From positions 99,871 to 135,677 of the forward strand of contig NW_005434524.1 in NCBI RefSeq assembly GCF_000315625.1: a stretch of 35,807 nucleotides of DNA. The letters run 5' to 3'. This DNA comes from Guillardia theta CCMP2712. Taxonomy: Eukaryota; Protista; Cryptophyta. This document shows, piece after piece, positions 33,228-35,807 of this stretch; within the stretch, counting starts at the first letter, position 1, and each line of letters starts with the position of its first letter. The notes under the pieces were generated by a model that saw only the letters and a list, made by a program, of their open reading frames with translations, made no database searches and was not told the origin of the DNA. The translations under genes were made by a program, and so were the position numbers.

Positions 33228-33503
33228 CAGTGATGTTTCAAGGATATCTTCAGTGATGTTTCAAAGAAATCTTCAGTGATGTTTCAGGGAAATCTTCAGT
33301 GATGTTTCAGTGAAATCTTCAGTGATGTTTCAAGGATATCTTCAGTGATGTTTCAAGGATATCTTCAGTGATGTTTCAAGGAAATCTTCAGTGATGTTTC
33401 AAGGATATCTTCAGTGATGTTTCAAGGAAATCTTCAGTGATGTTTCAAGGAAATCTTCAGTGATGTTTCAAGGATATCTTCAGTGATGTTTCAAGGAAAT
33501 CTT
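33228..33503. repeat. Minisatellite, 12 tandem copies of a 23-bp unit CAGTGATGTTTCAAGGA(T/A)ATCTT
   Basis: Units start at 33228 + 23n, the last at 33481. No spacers; variation is confined to the AAGGAWA segment. Confidence 0.97.
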
Positions 33504-33521
33504 TAACCTTCAGTCTTGTTG

Positions 33522-34124
33522 TTACACCTTCAACTGAGAAGCATCGTCTATGGTACACAGCGTGACTTGATCCCCAGGCATCAGCTCTCCCAACGGCGTC
33601 TCCTTCAAGTCATCCGGCAAGATCCTGACTGTCAACGAGTTCCCCTTCACCTTCTTCACTGAAACCTTGACGTTCTCAAAGAGGATCATTCCTCCCTCCT
33701 GCACTGCCTTGCGGAAACGTCGAGGCACGTCGACGATCACGCTGACTCCGGGAGTCAGGAGGTCGACACTCATCTCCAATACCGTCCCTGTCCCATCCAC
33801 TATCCCTGCTATGATCCTCGTGACACTGAGCGGGCTGACCTTCCTGTTCATCTGCCAGCCTGGCATGACGGCCCGGGCCAGGACCAGCATGCCTCGACTC
33901 TTGTGGTGGTTCTCATGGGAACACCTGTTGAGCGGGAGGGGGAGGAAAGTTGTGCAGGTCTGCGAGGGAACAATCAGGAGAGGAAGCAGAGGATGCAGAT
34001 ATCAAACCTTGGGATGATGTGCAAGCGAGGTGCCATGAGCGAACAAGAGACCAGCAGCACAGAGCTCAGGCTGGGCGAGAAGAGGGAGGGCGATCAGTGC
34101 AAGTTTGATGAAAGCAAATGACAT
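33522..34124 (-). CDS. Signal/transit-peptide-bearing protein with a single lumazine-binding (riboflavin synthase-like) domain, 184 aa
   Basis: Exon 34124-34008 (MSFAFIKLALIALPLLAQPELCAAGLLFAHGTSLAHHPK), 48-nt GT-AG intron 34007-33960, exon 33959-33522. IIAGIVDGTGTVLEM...VQEGGMILFENVKVSVKKVKGNSLTVRILPDDLKETPLGELMPGDQVTL aligns by eye with riboflavin synthase MFTGIV...G.V...GdSiavNGvCLTV......f...l..ETl..T.Lg.L..Gd.VNL. Confidence 0.75.
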
Positions 34125-34529
34125 TTCCCCAACGTGCTTGGGGACGAAACTTAGATGCGCTAAAGAGCAGTCAGACGATGTGCTTCCAGCTCAAAGTCCA
34201 CAAGTGAGGCAGCAAATCAGACAGGGCAAGATAACTGTAGGAGCGCGGGGTCGGATCCGAGAAAAGTGGATCTTGGACAGGAGCGGAGATGCTGGGGAAG
34301 GCTGAGGTGGATAGATGTAGTGCAATATGGATGATGGACACGACGACTGAGAGGGATGGTGTATCCAGGTGTCTTAGTGAAGGGAGAAGGAGGAGGAGAA
34401 GGAGGAGGAGGACGAAGGAGGAGGGGGAAGGGGACGGGGGAGGGAGGGGGAGGAAACGGTGAAAAATTTGAAACTCAGCCCACGTCCCCCTCCTTGCCCA
34501 CCTACAGGCAGGGATGACCGGGGCGGGCC

Positions 34530-34720
34530 CGGTCCCTTCACAGCCGCAACTGAGGCCCTCTCCATCTACTATCACATGTCAGTCACTGACTCCCCCGGGC
34601 CCGGTACCGGACGGTCCGGGGTAATTTCCATAATCGACTCAGTGCCAAATCGTGCGCTGAGGGGTAAACTGAGACAGAAGTTCATCAGCCGGGTGAAAGG
34701 TGAGCCCGAATACTAGGCTG
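34530..34720. promoter_or_regulatory. GC-rich palindromic intergenic segment
   Basis: CCCCGGGCCCGGTACCGGACGGTCCGGGG (~34592-34620) is a nested inverted repeat; lies upstream of the lumazine-domain gene. Confidence 0.3.
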
Positions 34721-34759
34721 CGGAACCGAGGAAACTCCGAGAGGATTGAACTGAGCCTC

Positions 34760-35170
34760 GGAGCCGTGAGCTCCCGCTGGGCGGGGATGAAAAGCGCACT
34801 GCCCGACGTCCCAAATAATTCAGGCGAGGGAATCCAGCCATTGTCGCACGCCTGAGGAAGCTCCGCCAAGGAGGTGTACGCCGAGATGCCCTGCTCCATC
34901 AAGTGCCTGTGAGTGTCCAAGAAGGCAGCCAGCATGGGGACAACATCCCCAGCGTCTGCTTGCTGCGGTTGGCGGATTCGAAGCTCAGTGTCAGAATTGA
35001 TCCGGTGGAAGAGTGGCGGTGTAGGTAACATCCAATGCTGGAAGATGGCAATTTCACCCGCCCATTTGAGAAACTTGGCAGTCGCCGACCAGAATGCGGC
35101 GTAGGCCACGCCCTCCTGCGGGGTGAACCCATCTCCTCCAGCACTAAAGCATGGGAGGAGCTGATCAGGT
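34760..35170 (-). mobile_element. Probable remnant of a non-LTR (CRE/RLE-type) retrotransposon ORF, post-RT thumb region
   Basis: QLLPCFSAGGDGFTPQEGVAYAAFWSATAKFLKW resembles the LP..xGGLG(L/F)......a.aAy.aS thumb motif of RLE-class LINE ORFs, followed by ...IPAQRELTA. No RT core, introns or clear start are present. Confidence 0.4.
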
Positions 35171-35287
35171 GCGGACGTGAGGCTGCTGGGTAGCAGGATG
35201 ACAGGCCTGTTGGGATGGCATGGTAGCGCTGGGCCAGGAGGGAGCTGAGGAGGGGAGAAGAGGGATGGCAGCGAGTGCTGGGCAGGC

Positions 35288-35807
35288 TTAGACGGTGGAG
35301 GTGTCGATTTGCGATGGGAGGCGCATGAGGGGAGCATGGACGAGTGCTGCGCGACGATCATGAATGGCACTTGCATTGCTGTCCTCCTTCTCCTGGTTCA
35401 CCTTCCTCCTCGTACCCCTTCCCCTCCCTCCTCCTTCTCTCCTACCTGCACTCGTAGCTTCTTCGCGGGTTGTTGCTCCCCGCGATCGCGATCGAAGTTG
35501 AGCTGAAGAGAGGAAAGGAGGCGGTCTTCTTTCGCCTCCCTCCTTCTCCCTCTCCTCCTCCTCCTCCTTTTCATCCTTCTTCTCCTCCTCCTCCTCCATC
35601 TTCTCCTCCACGTCTTTCTCCTCCTCCTCCTCCCTCCTCCTCCTCCCTCCTCCCTCCTCCTCCTTTCCTCCTCCTCGTCGTTTTTGTCCTCCTCCTCGTC
35701 GTCTTTGTCCTCCTCCTCGTCGTCGTCTTTGTTCTCCTCGTCGTCGTCGTCGTCGTCTTCCTCCTCCTCCTCCATCTGCTCCTCCACGTCTTGTCGAGTC
35801 TTGCTTT
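35288..35807 (-). CDS. 3' end of a hypothetical acidic protein gene entering from the right
   Basis: Exon LNFDRDRGEQQPAKKLRVQ (donor CAG|GTAGG; NLS-like PAKKLR) joins EKEDSNASAIHDRRAALVHAPLMRLPSQIDTSTV-TAA (35288). The upstream D/E-rich tract may be coding or intronic. Confidence 0.35.
   Translation of the reverse strand, partial: KQDSTRRGGADGGGGGRRRRRRRGEQRRRRGGGQRRRGGGQKRRGGGKEEEGGGRRRREEEEEKDVEEKMEEEEEKKDEKEEEEEREKEGGERRPPPFLSSAQLRSRSRGATTREEATSAGRREGGGRGRGTRRKVNQEKEDSNASAIHDRRAALVHAPLMRLPSQIDTSTV

Noticed and set aside
33228-33503. CRISPR array
   Set aside because: The 23-bp units are directly adjacent with no unique spacers, no cas genes are present and the context is eukaryotic; it is a minisatellite.
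1-35807. rRNA, tRNA, telomeric repeats, or prokaryotic operon/defence systems
   Set aside because: None recognised by eye; the genes are spliceosomal-intron-rich and individually oriented. A tRNAscan-SE/Infernal run would be needed to formally exclude small RNAs.

Overview
This is eukaryotic nuclear DNA, not prokaryotic. It is gene-dense and GC-rich, with many ~45-70 nt GT-AG introns (branch point YTGAC/YTGAT close to the AG); the longer introns are filled with purine/pyrimidine microsatellites. Signal peptides ending in A-x-A-F followed by transit-like peptides indicate an alga with a secondary red plastid, and the overall style suggests a cryptophyte such as Guillardia or Hanusia (inference). 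Most entries in the ORF track are microsatellite artefacts or single exons, so I rebuilt the genes by hand from splice signals. About 10 genes are supported: a thylakoid-targeted TM/coiled-coil/SPRY protein, two divergent signal-anchor proteins, a single-pass thylakoid protein, an IKS1-like kinase, a very large Ala/Pro-repeat PDZ protein, an intronless bHLH-PAS-PAS protein with a possible FABP/lipocalin-like C-terminal barrel, an NT-C2 protein, a signal-peptide ankyrin protein and a leader-bearing single lumazine-binding-domain protein. There are also partial genes at both ends, a probable non-LTR retroelement remnant, a 12 x 23 bp minisatellite, an N gap, and a GTACCCC/AAGTACCCCTAC motif seen only in intergenic DNA. 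The strongest candidates for new biology are the bHLH-PAS-PAS-barrel sensor, the apparently catalytically dead half riboflavin synthase, and the thylakoid SPRY protein. All domain calls come from motif recognition by eye; no database search was run.
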